64,000 nt of DNA from an uncultured Clostridia bacterium. GTDB taxonomy: Bacteria; Bacillota; Clostridia; TANB77; CAG-508. A model generated the notes under the pieces. The model was not told where the DNA came from and did not search any database. It saw nothing but the letters and a program-made list of their open reading frames with translations. The DNA lies in NCBI GenBank assembly GCA_934121905.1, contig CAKOVI010000004.1, forward strand, positions 46,039 to 110,038. Reading direction: 5' to 3'. How positions within the stretch are numbered: the first letter of the stretch is position 1; every line of letters starts with the position of its first letter. The translations under genes and the position numbers were made by a program. Shown here in pieces: positions 53,481 to 63,736 of this stretch.

Positions 53481-56400
53481 ATGCCAAAAAATAAAGATAT
53501 AAAAAAAGTACTAGTAATAGGCTCAGGACCAATCATAATAGGACAAGCAGCAGAATTTGACTATGCAGGAACTCAAGCTTGTAGAGAATTAAAAAAAGAA
53601 GGAATAGAAGTTGTTTTAATAAACTCAAACCCTGCAACAATAATGACAGACAAAGAAATGGCAGATGAAATATATATTGAGCCAATAACAGTAAAAACAG
53701 TAGAAAAAATAATTAGAAAAGAAAAGCCAGACAGTATTCTTCCAAATTTAGGAGGACAAACAGGTTTAAATATAGCAATGGAACTGCATGAAAGAGGCTT
53801 CTTAAAAGAAAATAATGTAAGACTACTTGGAACATCGCCAGAAGGAATAAAAAATGCAGAAGATAGACAAGCATTTAAAGATATGATGGAATCTATAAAC
53901 GAACCTTGTATTGCAAGTAAAGTTGTTACAGATGTAGAAGATGCAGTAGAATTTGCAAACAAAATAGGACTTCCAGTAATTGTAAGACCAGCATATACCT
54001 TAGGTGGAACAGGTGGTGGAATTGCATATACCGAGGAAGAATTAAGAGAAATTGCATCAAGTGGTTTGTATTTATCAAGAGTACATCAAGTATTGATAGA
54101 AAAATGTATATCTGGATGGAAAGAAATTGAGTATGAGGTAATGAGAGATTCAAAAGGAAACTGCATAACAATATGTAATATGGAAAATATAGACCCTGTT
54201 GGAGTTCATACAGGTGATAGTATAGTTGTGGCACCATCTCAAACATTAGCAGACAAAGAATACCAAATGCTTCGTACATCTGCTATAAAAATAATATCTG
54301 CATTAAAAATAGAAGGTGGATGTAATGTACAATTTGCGTTAAATCCAAATAGTTTTGAGTATGCGGTAATTGAGGTAAACCCAAGAGTAAGTAGGTCATC
54401 AGCATTAGCATCCAAGGCAACTGGCTACCCAATTGCAAAGGTATCTAGTAAAATTGCAATTGGATATACATTAGATGAAATAAAAAATGAGGTAACTGGC
54501 AAAACTTATGCGTGTTTTGAGCCAGTACTTGATTATGTAGTTGTAAAAATTCCAAAATGGCCATTTAATAAATTTAGAACAGCATCAAAAGAACTTGGAA
54601 CACAAATGAAAGCAACTGGTGAAGTAATGGCAATTGCACCATCAATTGAACAAGGATTGATGAAAGGTATTCGTTCTTTAGAGGAAAATTTGGACTCACT
54701 AGAAATGCCAAAATTAAAAGGATATTCAACAGAAAAAATTTTAGAACAATTAAAAGTAGTTGATAATGAACGTATTTGGGTAATTGCAGAGAGTTTAAGA
54801 CGTGGAATTACAATAGATGAGATACATAATATTACTAAAATAGATAAGTTTTTCATAAATAAAATAGATAGATTAGTAAGAATGGAAGACGAGCTTCAAA
54901 ATAAAAAGTTAACACCAGAATTACTATTAAAAGCTAAGAAAATGGGATATACAGATAAAGTAATTTCAAGACTTACAAAAATAAAAGAAGAAGATATTAA
55001 GAAAAAAAGACAGGAAAATGGAATAATTGCAAACTTTAAACTAGTTGATACTTGTAGTGCAGAATTTGAGGCAAAAACTCCATATTATTATTCATCTTAT
55101 GATGATGAAAATGAAAGTATAGATTCCAAAAATCCTAAAAAGATAATGGTTTTAGGTTCTGGTCCAATAAGAATAGGACAAGGAATAGAATTTGATTATT
55201 GTAGTGTTCACAGTGTTTTGGCACTTAAAAAACTTGGGTATGAAACCATAATTGTAAACAATAACCCAGAAACAGTAAGTACAGACTTTGATATTGCAGA
55301 TAAACTATATTTTGAACCATTAACACCAGAAGATGTAGAAAATATAGTAAATGTAGAACATCCATATGGAGCAATAGTTCAATTTGGAGGTCAAACAGCA
55401 ATTAAACTTACAAAAGCATTACACGAAATGGGAGTTAAGATTTTAGGAACACAAGAAGTTGATATGGATAGAAGTGAGGATAGAGAGCTATTTGATGAAG
55501 CACTAGAGCATTGTAAAATCTTACGTCCAAAAGGAGAAACAGTTTATACAGCAGAAGAAGCAAAGGCGGTTGCAAACAGACTAAAATATCCAGTACTTGT
55601 TAGACCATCATATGTACTTGGAGGTCAAGGAATGGCAATTGCATATGATGATAAAGATGTAGAAAGATTAATTTCAGATATAAATGAAATTGTACAAGAA
55701 CACCCAATTTTGGTAGACAAATATATGCAAGGAAAAGAAATGGAAGTTGATGCAATTTCAGATGGAGAGGATGTTTTAATTCCTGGTGTTATGGAATTAC
55801 TTGAAAGAGCTGGAGTTCATTCAGGAGATAGTATATCAGTATATCCAACAAGTATAATTGAGCAAAAATATATTGATAAAATTGTGGATTATACAAAACG
55901 TATTGCTAAAGAATTAAATATAATTGGATTATTTAATATTCAATTTATAATATGTGAGGGAGAGGTTTATATAATTGAGGTAAATCCAAGAGCAAGTAGA
56001 ACAATTCCTTATATAAGCAAGGTTACAGGACTTCCTGTTATAGATGTTGCAACAAGAGTTATTTTAGGGGAAAAACTAAAAGATATTGGATATGGAACAG
56101 GTGTATATAAAAAATCTGATTATGTTGCAGTAAAAATGCCAGTATTTTCATTCCAAAAACTAAAAAATGCAGATACATCATTAGGCCCTGAAATGAAGTC
56201 AACAGGTGAGGTCTTAGGAGTCAGTAAACACTTTAGCCAAGCTATTTTAAAAGCTTTTATTGCAAGTGGAATTGATGTTACAAATAGAGGTAAGATTTTA
56301 GTTACTGTAAATGATAAAGATAAACCAGAGATTTTACCTATTATAGAAAAGTTGGTAAATGAAGGGTATGAAATTTACGCAACTTCTGGAACTGCTAAGT

Positions 56401-56684
56401 TCTTTAAGGATAATGGATTGGAGAATGTAATGGTTGTACCTAAGATTTGGGAGGGTACAAATAGTATTCCAGATTTGATTCATTCTGGTAAATTGGCATT
56501 TATTATTAATACTCCTACTAAAGGTAAAGAATCTAATAGAGATGGATTTAAAATTAGAAGAATGGCAGCTGAGAGTAAAGTCCCTTGTTTTACAGCAGTT
56601 GATACTGTTGTTGGTTTTTATGATGCTATTGCTAAGGGATTTAAGGAAGAGGATTTGGAAGTTATTGATATTGCTAAGATTTAG
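53481..56684 (+). CDS. carB: carbamoyl-phosphate synthase large subunit
   Basis: 1067 aa with duplicated ATP-grasp halves (VLVIGSGPIIIGQAAEFDYAG and IMVLGSGPIRIGQGIEFDYC) and an MGS-like tail. Confidence 0.95.
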   Translation: MPKNKDIKKVLVIGSGPIIIGQAAEFDYAGTQACRELKKEGIEVVLINSNPATIMTDKEMADEIYIEPITVKTVEKIIRKEKPDSILPNLGGQTGLNIAMELHERGFLKENNVRLLGTSPEGIKNAEDRQAFKDMMESINEPCIASKVVTDVEDAVEFANKIGLPVIVRPAYTLGGTGGGIAYTEEELREIASSGLYLSRVHQVLIEKCISGWKEIEYEVMRDSKGNCITICNMENIDPVGVHTGDSIVVAPSQTLADKEYQMLRTSAIKIISALKIEGGCNVQFALNPNSFEYAVIEVNPRVSRSSALASKATGYPIAKVSSKIAIGYTLDEIKNEVTGKTYACFEPVLDYVVVKIPKWPFNKFRTASKELGTQMKATGEVMAIAPSIEQGLMKGIRSLEENLDSLEMPKLKGYSTEKILEQLKVVDNERIWVIAESLRRGITIDEIHNITKIDKFFINKIDRLVRMEDELQNKKLTPELLLKAKKMGYTDKVISRLTKIKEEDIKKKRQENGIIANFKLVDTCSAEFEAKTPYYYSSYDDENESIDSKNPKKIMVLGSGPIRIGQGIEFDYCSVHSVLALKKLGYETIIVNNNPETVSTDFDIADKLYFEPLTPEDVENIVNVEHPYGAIVQFGGQTAIKLTKALHEMGVKILGTQEVDMDRSEDRELFDEALEHCKILRPKGETVYTAEEAKAVANRLKYPVLVRPSYVLGGQGMAIAYDDKDVERLISDINEIVQEHPILVDKYMQGKEMEVDAISDGEDVLIPGVMELLERAGVHSGDSISVYPTSIIEQKYIDKIVDYTKRIAKELNIIGLFNIQFIICEGEVYIIEVNPRASRTIPYISKVTGLPVIDVATRVILGEKLKDIGYGTGVYKKSDYVAVKMPVFSFQKLKNADTSLGPEMKSTGEVLGVSKHFSQAILKAFIASGIDVTNRGKILVTVNDKDKPEILPIIEKLVNEGYEIYATSGTAKFFKDNGLENVMVVPKIWEGTNSIPDLIHSGKLAFIINTPTKGKESNRDGFKIRRMAAESKVPCFTAVDTVVGFYDAIAKGFKEEDLEVIDIAKI

Positions 56685-56704
56685 ATTTTTAGTTAATTGA
56701 ATAT

Positions 56705-56743
56705 GAAAATCGCTTTGAGGTTGGTTCAAGGCGATTTTTCTTT
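56705..56743 (+). terminator. carB terminator
   Basis: gaaaatcgctttga / tcaaggcgattttc followed by a T-run. Confidence 0.6.
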
Positions 56744-56753
56744 ATAGAAAATA

Positions 56754-56785
56754 AAAAATCGTTTTGACAACTCAAAACGATTTTT
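56754..56785 (-). terminator. rpmB terminator
   Basis: aaaaatcgttttga-caac-tcaaaacgattttt. Confidence 0.65.
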
Positions 56786-56787
56786 TA

Positions 56788-56985
56788 TTATACTCTTTTA
56801 ACTTTTCCATTTCTTAAACATTTAGCGCAAACACAAACTCTTTTAACTTCACCATTGATTTCAGCCTTAACACTTCTTAAGTTAGGTTTCCATGTACGTG
56901 GAGCTCTTCTACTTACGTGTGAACGTGCGATACTAATTTTATTTCCAGAAATTGGTTTTTTTTGACAAATTGCACAAACTGCCAT
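56788..56985 (-). CDS. rpmB: 50S ribosomal protein L28
   Basis: MAVCAICQKKPISGNKISIARSHVSRRAPRTWKPNL is the L28 signature. Confidence 0.92.
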   Translation of the reverse strand: MAVCAICQKKPISGNKISIARSHVSRRAPRTWKPNLRSVKAEINGEVKRVCVCAKCLRNGKVKRV

Positions 56986-57145
56986 TTCCTTTGCACCTCC
57001 TTAAATTGACTTATTTCTATCTATGTAAAAACGATAAATCTATATTATTATGTGCCTTATGTTGCACACAAGTCAATTGACTTTATCTAGTTTAACACAA
57101 AATAAAATAAAATACAAGACATTTTAAAAAAAATTTGAAAATTTG

Positions 57146-57173
57146 TTGCAATTTATTAAAAATGTGATATAAT
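57146..57173 (+). promoter_or_regulatory. tig promoter with extended -10
   Basis: TTGCAA (57146-57151), 16-nt spacer, TGaTATAAT (57165-57173). Confidence 0.55.
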
Positions 57174-57239
57174 GGGAAAGTATATTAATTTCGCGTGGGA
57201 AATTTTAGAAAAGACATAAATAAGAAAGGAAGATTTTAA

Positions 57240-58628
57240 ATGGAGTGTAAAGTAGAAAAAACACAAAACGCAAATGAAGTAAAATTAGAAATCACAATCG
57301 AGGCAGAAAAATTTGAAAATGCCATAAAGAAAGTATATTTCCAAAGTGCAAAATACTTCAATATCCCAGGTTTCAGAAAAGGAAAAGCACCACAAAATAT
57401 AGTAGAAAGATATTATGGAAAAGAAATATTCTATGAAGATGCATTTAATGACCTAGTACCAGCAGAATATGATCAAGCATTAAAAGATAACAACATAGAA
57501 GCAGTTTCAAGACCAGAAATAGATATAATAACAATGGAAAAAGGACAAGACTTAAAATTTACAGCAACAGTACAAACAAAACCAGAAGTAGAACTAGGAA
57601 AATATAAAGGTATAGAAATAGAAAAAATAGAGTATAATGTAAAGAAAGAAGACATCGAAAACGAATTAAAATCAATGCAAGAACAAAATGCAAGACTAGT
57701 TACAGTTGATGATAGAGCAGCTGAAAACGGAGACACAGCAACAATAGATTTTGATGGATATGTAGATGGAAAACAATTTGAAGGTGGAAAAGCTGAAAAA
57801 TATGACTTAGTATTAGGAAGTCATTCATTTATAGAAGGATTTGAAGACCAAGTAGTAGGAATGAAACTAGACGAAGAAAAAGACGTAAACGTAACATTTC
57901 CAAAAGAATACTTCTCTAAAGAATTAGCAGGAAAACCTGCAACATTCAAAGTAAAATTACATGAATTAAAGAAAAAAGAATTACCAGAACTAGATGATGA
58001 ATTCGCAAAAGATGTAAGTGAATTCGATACACTAGAAGAATTAAAAAACAGCATCAAAGAAAAACAAGAAAAACAAAACAAAGACAGAGAAAAATATGAA
58101 AAAGAAGATGCAGCAGTAAAAGCAGTTGTAGAAGAAATGAAAGTAGAAATTCCTTCAGGAATGGTAGAAATGGAAATAGACAACATGATGAGAGATATGG
58201 AACAAAGAATGTCATATCAAGGAATCAAAATGGAACAATACTTAAAAATGATGAACCAAACTGAAGAAGAATTCAGAAAAAATTATGAACCTCAAGCAAT
58301 AGATGCTATAAAATCAAGATTAGCTTTAGAAGCAGTTATCAAAGCTGAAAAAATAGAAGCATCAGATGACGAAGTTAAAGCAAAACTAGAAGAAATGGCT
58401 AAAAATTATGGAAAAGATGCTAAAGAATTAGAAGAAAACGAAAATATCAAAAATTACATAAAACAAGGCATCGAAAACGAAAAAGCTATGGAATTCTTAG
58501 TTGCAAATAGCAAAGAAAAGAAAGCTGCTAAAAAAACAACAACTAAAAAGGCTGATAAAAAAGAAGAAGCTAAAGAAGAAAAAGTAGAAAAAAAGACAGA
58601 AACAAAAAAAGCTAAAAAATCAGAATAA
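57240..58628 (+). CDS. tig: trigger factor with a Lys-rich C-terminal tail
   Basis: GFRKGKAP ribosome-binding motif and an FKBP-type middle domain. It lies upstream of clpP and clpX. Confidence 0.92.
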   Translation: MECKVEKTQNANEVKLEITIEAEKFENAIKKVYFQSAKYFNIPGFRKGKAPQNIVERYYGKEIFYEDAFNDLVPAEYDQALKDNNIEAVSRPEIDIITMEKGQDLKFTATVQTKPEVELGKYKGIEIEKIEYNVKKEDIENELKSMQEQNARLVTVDDRAAENGDTATIDFDGYVDGKQFEGGKAEKYDLVLGSHSFIEGFEDQVVGMKLDEEKDVNVTFPKEYFSKELAGKPATFKVKLHELKKKELPELDDEFAKDVSEFDTLEELKNSIKEKQEKQNKDREKYEKEDAAVKAVVEEMKVEIPSGMVEMEIDNMMRDMEQRMSYQGIKMEQYLKMMNQTEEEFRKNYEPQAIDAIKSRLALEAVIKAEKIEASDDEVKAKLEEMAKNYGKDAKELEENENIKNYIKQGIENEKAMEFLVANSKEKKAAKKTTTKKADKKEEAKEEKVEKKTETKKAKKSE

Positions 58629-58699
58629 TATTAAGTAAAAGTAGAGGGAGGTTTAAAAAAGAGATTTTTTATTCATTCTCTCTTTTTGCTAAAATGACT

Positions 58700-58842
58700 C
58701 ATTGGGACCGGTTCTTTTTGTGACTGGCTCATCGGGACCGGTTCTTTTTGAGTCCATTTTGGTAAATTATTATAATAATAAAAAATGGACTCAAAAAGAA
58801 CCGGTCCCGATGAGCCAGTCACAAAAAGAACCGGTCCAATTG
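58700..58842. repeat. GC-rich palindromic element R8: about 57-nt near-perfect arms with two cores each, between tig and clpP
   Basis: 58700-58760 pairs with 58782-58842. The right arm ends 8 nt before the clpP SD. Confidence 0.9.
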
Positions 58843-58863
58843 TCCCAGCAAGGAGGAAAAATT

Positions 58864-59469
58864 ATGTTAGAAAAAAACAGTTTAGTACCTTACGTAATAG
58901 AACAAACAAGTAAGGGAGAACGTTCATATGATATCTTTTCAAGATTATTAAAAGACAGAATAATATTTTTAGGAGAAGACGTAAATAGCACAACAGCAAG
59001 TTTGGTAATAGCTCAAATGCTATTCTTAGAATCAGAAGACCCAGATAAAGAAATATACTTTTATATAAATTCACCTGGAGGAAGTGTAACAGATGGATTA
59101 GCAATAGTAGATACAATGAACTACATTAAATGTCCTGTATCAACATTTTGTTTAGGGTTAGCCGCAAGCTTTGGAGCAGTGCTATTAGCAAATGGAGAAA
59201 AAGGAAAAAGATTTGCAATGCCAAATGCAGAAATATTAATACATCAACCATTAATAGCAGGTGGAGGAATTTCAGGTCAAACAACAGACATAAAAATACA
59301 TGCAGAGCAAATGATTAAAACAAGGGAAAGATTAACAAAAATTTTAGCAGATAGAACAGGAAAACCAATTGAACAAGTTATGAAAGACACAGAAAGAGAT
59401 AATTACATGACAGCAGAAGAAGCATTAGAATATGGTTTAATAGATGAAATTTTATATAAAAGAAAATAA
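58864..59469 (+). CDS. clpP: ATP-dependent Clp protease proteolytic subunit
   Basis: The ATG at 58864 follows AGGAGG. The upstream part of the listed ORF is just a translation of repeat R8. [29 protein letters not shown] and [11 protein letters not shown] are ClpP blocks. Confidence 0.93.
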   Translation: MLEKNSLVPYVIEQTSKGERSYDIFSRLLKDRIIFLGEDVNSTTASLVIAQMLFLESEDPDKEIYFYINSPGGSVTDGLAIVDTMNYIKCPVSTFCLGLAASFGAVLLANGEKGKRFAMPNAEILIHQPLIAGGGISGQTTDIKIHAEQMIKTRERLTKILADRTGKPIEQVMKDTERDNYMTAEEALEYGLIDEILYKRK

Positions 59470-59484
59470 GGGAGAGTTTGGTAA

Positions 59485-60759
59485 ATGGCAAAAAATGATG
59501 AAACAATGAAAAATGTATATTGTTCTTTTTGTGGAAAGCCACAAAGCAGTGTTAAGAAAATTGTTGCAGGACCTGGTGTGTATATCTGTGATGAATGTAT
59601 AAGTCTTTGTACTTCTATATTAGAAGAAGAGGGATTTCTTGATGATGAAGAAACATATACATTAAATGAAGAAACAAAAATTCCAAGTCCTAAAGAAATA
59701 AAAAAGGTTTTAGATGATTATGTAATTGGGCAAGATGAAGCCAAGAAGATATTATCAGTTGCAGTATATAATCATTATAAAAGAATAAACCACGAAGAAA
59801 AAAATAAAAACAAACAAGACGAAGTTGAAATTCAAAAAAGTAATATTTTACTTCTTGGGCCTACTGGTTGTGGAAAAACACTTTTGGCAAGTACTCTAGC
59901 GAGAATTTTGAATGTACCATTTGCAATCGCAGATGCTACAACACTTACAGAAGCTGGATATGTTGGAGAAGATGTTGAAAATATTCTTTTAAAACTTATT
60001 CAGGCAGCTGATGGAGATATAGAAAGAGCAGAAAAAGGAATTATCTATATAGACGAAATAGATAAAATAACTAGAAAATCTGAAAATCCATCAATCACCA
60101 GAGATGTAAGTGGAGAAGGTGTTCAACAATCACTTTTAAAGATTGTTGAAGGTACAATTGCATCAGTTCCACCACAAGGAGGAAGAAAACACCCTCACCA
60201 GGAAATGATACAAATAGATACATCAAATATATTGTTTATCTGCGGAGGAGCATTTGAAGGTCTAGAAAATATTATAAGAGATAGAACAGGCAAGAAAACA
60301 ATAGGTTTTGGAGCAACAATTCAAACAAATAAAGAAATTGATAGATATAAAATATTTGAGGAATTATTACCACAGGATTTATTAAAATTTGGTTTAATTC
60401 CAGAATTTATAGGTAGACTTCCAATTGTTGCAACTCTTAAAGAGCTTGATAAAGAAGCTTTGAAGAAAATAGTTGTAGAACCTAAAAATGCATTAGTTAA
60501 ACAATATAAAAAATTATTAGAAATTGATGGCGTTGAGCTTGAATTTAAAGATGATGCATTAGAAGCAATTGTTAATAAAGCAATAGAACTTAAAACAGGA
60601 GCAAGAGGACTTCGTTCTATAATTGAGGGAATTATGACTGATATTATGTTTGAAATTCCTTCAAACGATAAGATTACTAAGTGCATAATAACTAAGGAAA
60701 CTGTTGAAAATGGCAAAGAACCTGAGGTTGTTGTGGATGAGAATAAAGCAAGTGCGTAA
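59485..60759 (+). CDS. clpX: ATP-dependent Clp protease ATP-binding subunit ClpX
   Basis: Zn-finger CSFCGK...CDEC, Walker A GPTGCGKT and IYIDEIDK. Confidence 0.95.
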   Translation: MAKNDETMKNVYCSFCGKPQSSVKKIVAGPGVYICDECISLCTSILEEEGFLDDEETYTLNEETKIPSPKEIKKVLDDYVIGQDEAKKILSVAVYNHYKRINHEEKNKNKQDEVEIQKSNILLLGPTGCGKTLLASTLARILNVPFAIADATTLTEAGYVGEDVENILLKLIQAADGDIERAEKGIIYIDEIDKITRKSENPSITRDVSGEGVQQSLLKIVEGTIASVPPQGGRKHPHQEMIQIDTSNILFICGGAFEGLENIIRDRTGKKTIGFGATIQTNKEIDRYKIFEELLPQDLLKFGLIPEFIGRLPIVATLKELDKEALKKIVVEPKNALVKQYKKLLEIDGVELEFKDDALEAIVNKAIELKTGARGLRSIIEGIMTDIMFEIPSNDKITKCIITKETVENGKEPEVVVDENKASA

Positions 60760-60768
60760 TAATTAAAC

Positions 60769-60888
60769 AAGGACGGTTCTTTAATGTAACAAGTAAAGTT
60801 GCAGAAGAGCCGTTTTTTTCTGAATGTGTTCCATTGGGACCGGGTCTTTTTGGTACATTTTGTAAAAAGAACCGTCCCCAATCAGAAA
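60769..60888. repeat. composite GC-rich element R9, combining an R2-type arm and an R4-type arm
   Basis: tgttccattgggaccgggtctttttggtaca plus aaaaagaaccgtccccaatcagaaa. It lies just upstream of the pyrF SD. Confidence 0.8.
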
Positions 60889-60898
60889 AAAGAAAGGA

Positions 60899-61840
60899 AT
60901 GAAAAATATGAGCCAAAATATGATGGACAACCTAATAAAAAAAATCAAAGAAAAAAATAGCCCAATAGTAATGGGGATAGACCCAAGATATGAAATGATA
61001 CCAGATATAATAAAATCTAAATATCCAAAGGATATGGCAGGTTTTGCCGAATCAGCAGTAGTATTTGCGAAACAATTAATAGATGCAACATATGACATAA
61101 TACCTGCAGTGAAACCACAACTAGCATATTTTGAAATGATGGGACCTAATGGACTAGATGCATTCCAAGAAATCGTTGATTATGCTAAATCAAAAGATTT
61201 AATAGTAATTGCAGATGCTAAAAGAGGAGATATAGGAACAACTTCACAAGGATATGCAAATACATTTTTAGGAGAAACATCATTAGATGATTATAATGAA
61301 AAAATATATGATGCAGATTTTGTAACAGTAAATCCATATATGGGAACTGACTGTGTAAAGCCATTTATAGAAGATTCTAAAAAATATGGAAAAGGTGTAT
61401 TTGTATTAGTAAAAACATCAAATAAATCATCAGGAGAACTTCAAGATTTAAGATTAGAAAACGGAAATAAAGTATATGAGCAAGTTGCAACATTAGTTGA
61501 AGAATGGGGAAAAGACTTGATAGGAGAATATGGATATAGCAGTATTTCAGCAGTAGTAGGAGCAACATATCCAGAACAACTAAAAGAAATCAGAAAATTA
61601 GCACCACATACATTTTTCTTAATTCCTGGCTATGGAGCTCAAGGAGGAAAAGCAGAAGATATAGCTTTGGGATTTGATGAGAATGGAATAGGTGGAATTG
61701 TTAATGCTTCAAGAAGTTTAATGTGTGCTTATAAATCTGATAGATGGAAAGAAATCTATACAGAAGAGCAATTCGCAGAAGCTACAAGAGCAGAGGCTTT
61801 AAGAATGAGAGAAGAACTTATGGGTGCAATTCAGAAATAG
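60899..61840 (+). CDS. pyrF: orotidine-5'-phosphate decarboxylase (long, type 2); the start is possibly the ATG at 60908
   Basis: VKPQLAYFE and ADAKRGDIGTT are the OMP decarboxylase motifs. Confidence 0.88.
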   Translation: MKNMSQNMMDNLIKKIKEKNSPIVMGIDPRYEMIPDIIKSKYPKDMAGFAESAVVFAKQLIDATYDIIPAVKPQLAYFEMMGPNGLDAFQEIVDYAKSKDLIVIADAKRGDIGTTSQGYANTFLGETSLDDYNEKIYDADFVTVNPYMGTDCVKPFIEDSKKYGKGVFVLVKTSNKSSGELQDLRLENGNKVYEQVATLVEEWGKDLIGEYGYSSISAVVGATYPEQLKEIRKLAPHTFFLIPGYGAQGGKAEDIALGFDENGIGGIVNASRSLMCAYKSDRWKEIYTEEQFAEATRAEALRMREELMGAIQK

Positions 61841-61855
61841 AAGGGAGAATATATT

Positions 61856-62650
61856 ATGTCAAAAATGCAAATACAAGCAAAATTAATAAAAAAAGAACAA
61901 TTAAAAGACGATATTTTCAAATTTAGTGTAGAAGCACAAGAAATTGTAAATATAGCAAAACCAGGTCAATTTTTAGAAATAAGAGTAACAGACCAAGTAG
62001 AGCCATTCTTAAGAAGACCAATAAGTATATATAATTTAGACAAAGAAAATGGTATTTTAGAATTTATATTCCAAGTAAAAGGAAAAGGAACAAAAATATT
62101 AGCTCAAAAACAAGAAGGAGAAATAATAGATATAATAGGACCTCTAGGAAATGGAACATTTGAATACTCTAAATACCAAAATATAGCAATAATAGGAGGA
62201 GGAATAGGAATATTCCCATTATATGAACTTGCAAAAGAAGCGAAAATTGCAGGTAAAAACGTAAATACATATTTAGGATTTAGAAACAAGGAATTTGTAA
62301 CATTAGAAGAAGAATTTAAAAAAGTATCAACATCTTTATGTTTAGCAACAGATGATGGAAGTTATGGGAAAAATGGATTTGCAATAAACTTCTTAAAAGA
62401 AGATATAGAAAATGGAAAAATAGATTCAATATTTGCATGTGGACCAATGCCAATGTTAAGAGCTGTAAAAGACTTAGCAATAGAAAAAAATATTCCATGT
62501 CAAGTTTCATTGGAGGAAAAAATGGGATGTGGAATTGGAGTATGCTTAGGTTGTGCGGTTAAGACTGCTGAAAGTTCAAGTGAGAGCCCAGAGTATAAAC
62601 ATGTTTGTAAAGCAGGACCAGTTTTTGAGGCTGGAGAAGTTGAATTTTAG
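61856..62650 (+). CDS. pyrK: dihydroorotate dehydrogenase B electron-transfer subunit
   Basis: RRPISI (FAD) and the C-terminal 2Fe-2S motif CGIGVCLGCAV...C. Confidence 0.88.
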   Translation: MSKMQIQAKLIKKEQLKDDIFKFSVEAQEIVNIAKPGQFLEIRVTDQVEPFLRRPISIYNLDKENGILEFIFQVKGKGTKILAQKQEGEIIDIIGPLGNGTFEYSKYQNIAIIGGGIGIFPLYELAKEAKIAGKNVNTYLGFRNKEFVTLEEEFKKVSTSLCLATDDGSYGKNGFAINFLKEDIENGKIDSIFACGPMPMLRAVKDLAIEKNIPCQVSLEEKMGCGIGVCLGCAVKTAESSSESPEYKHVCKAGPVFEAGEVEF

Positions 62651-62669
62651 AAAGCAAAGAAACAAGAAA

Positions 62670-62768
62670 GGACAAAAGGGACCGGGTCTTTTTTGTCCAA
62701 AAGCAAAGGCAAATATATTAGAAGAAAAATGATAAAAAAGGACAAAAAAGACCCGGTCCCTTTTGTCC
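62670..62768. repeat. GC-rich palindromic element R10 (29-nt perfect arms) between pyrK and pyrD
   Basis: ggacaaaagggaccgggtcttttttgtcc (62670-62698) is the exact reverse complement of 62740-62768. Confidence 0.9.
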
Positions 62769-62787
62769 CAAGGAAGGAAGTAACGAA

Positions 62788-63696
62788 ATGAATTTAGAAG
62801 TAGATTTCGCAGGATTAAAATTAAAAAATCCAGTAACAGTAGCCTCTGGAACATTTGGCTATGGAAGAGAATATAGTGACTTTTATGATTTAGGAAAATT
62901 AGGAGCAGTAATAACAAAAGGAACATCTCTAAAACCAAGAAATGGAAATAAACCATCAAGAGTATATGAAACACCAAGTGGAATGTTAAATAGTATAGGG
63001 TTACAAAACCCAGGAGTGGAATATTTCGCTCAAAATGATTTACCATTTTTAAGAAAGTTTGATACAAAAATTATAGTAAATGCTTGTGGTAATACAGTTG
63101 AAGACTATGTTGAACTTTGTAGAGTATTAAACTCATTAGATATAGATGCAGTTGAATTAAACCTATCTTGCCCAAATGTAAAACAAGGATGTTTGGCATT
63201 TGGAACAACATATGAAGGAGTTAAAAATGTAACTAGTCAATGCAGAAAAGTTTTAGATAAACCTTTAATTGTAAAATTAACACCAAATGTTACAGACATA
63301 ACAGAAACTGCAAAAGCTGTAGAAGATGCAGGAGCAGATGGAGTTTCTTTAATAAATACATTACTTGGAATGAGTATAGATATAGAAAGACAAAGACCAT
63401 TTTTAGCAAATAATACAGGTGGACTTTCAGGTCCTGCAATAAAGCCGGTTGCAGTTAGAATGGTATATCAAGTAGCTCAAAAGGTTAATATACCAGTTCT
63501 TGGATTGGGCGGAATAGTAAATGGAAATGATGCAGTTGAATTTATGCTTGCAGGTGCAAAAGCAATTTCAATTGGATGTGGAAATTTCATTGACCCATAT
63601 GCAGGTCCAAAGACAGTAGAAGGAATAGAAGATTATTTGAAGAGACATAATATAGATGATGTTAATGATATTGTTGGACAGGTAAAAATGAATTAA
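62788..63696 (+). CDS. pyrD: dihydroorotate dehydrogenase B catalytic subunit
   Basis: LKNPVTVASGTFGYG, LNLSCPNV and GGLSGPAIKP are class 1B DHOD blocks. Confidence 0.92.
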   Translation: MNLEVDFAGLKLKNPVTVASGTFGYGREYSDFYDLGKLGAVITKGTSLKPRNGNKPSRVYETPSGMLNSIGLQNPGVEYFAQNDLPFLRKFDTKIIVNACGNTVEDYVELCRVLNSLDIDAVELNLSCPNVKQGCLAFGTTYEGVKNVTSQCRKVLDKPLIVKLTPNVTDITETAKAVEDAGADGVSLINTLLGMSIDIERQRPFLANNTGGLSGPAIKPVAVRMVYQVAQKVNIPVLGLGGIVNGNDAVEFMLAGAKAISIGCGNFIDPYAGPKTVEGIEDYLKRHNIDDVNDIVGQVKMN

Positions 63697-63700
63697 GCAA

Positions 63701-63736
63701 AAAACAGATTAGGATTAAAAAATCTTAATCTGTTTT
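63701..63736 (+). terminator. pyrD terminator
   Basis: aaaacagattagga / atcttaatctgtttt hairpin (1 mismatch). Confidence 0.6.

Noticed and set aside
57000-57090. The AAGTCAATTGACTT palindrome upstream of rpmB as a regulatory operator
   Set aside because: It is a single 14-bp palindrome overlapping a plausible -35 (TTGACT) on the minus strand. No second copy occurs in the window and nothing ties it to a regulator.
982-62768. The repeated GC-rich elements as a CRISPR array
   Set aside because: The copies are dispersed over 62 kb, arranged as inverted rather than direct repeats, and have no regular spacers and no cas genes.
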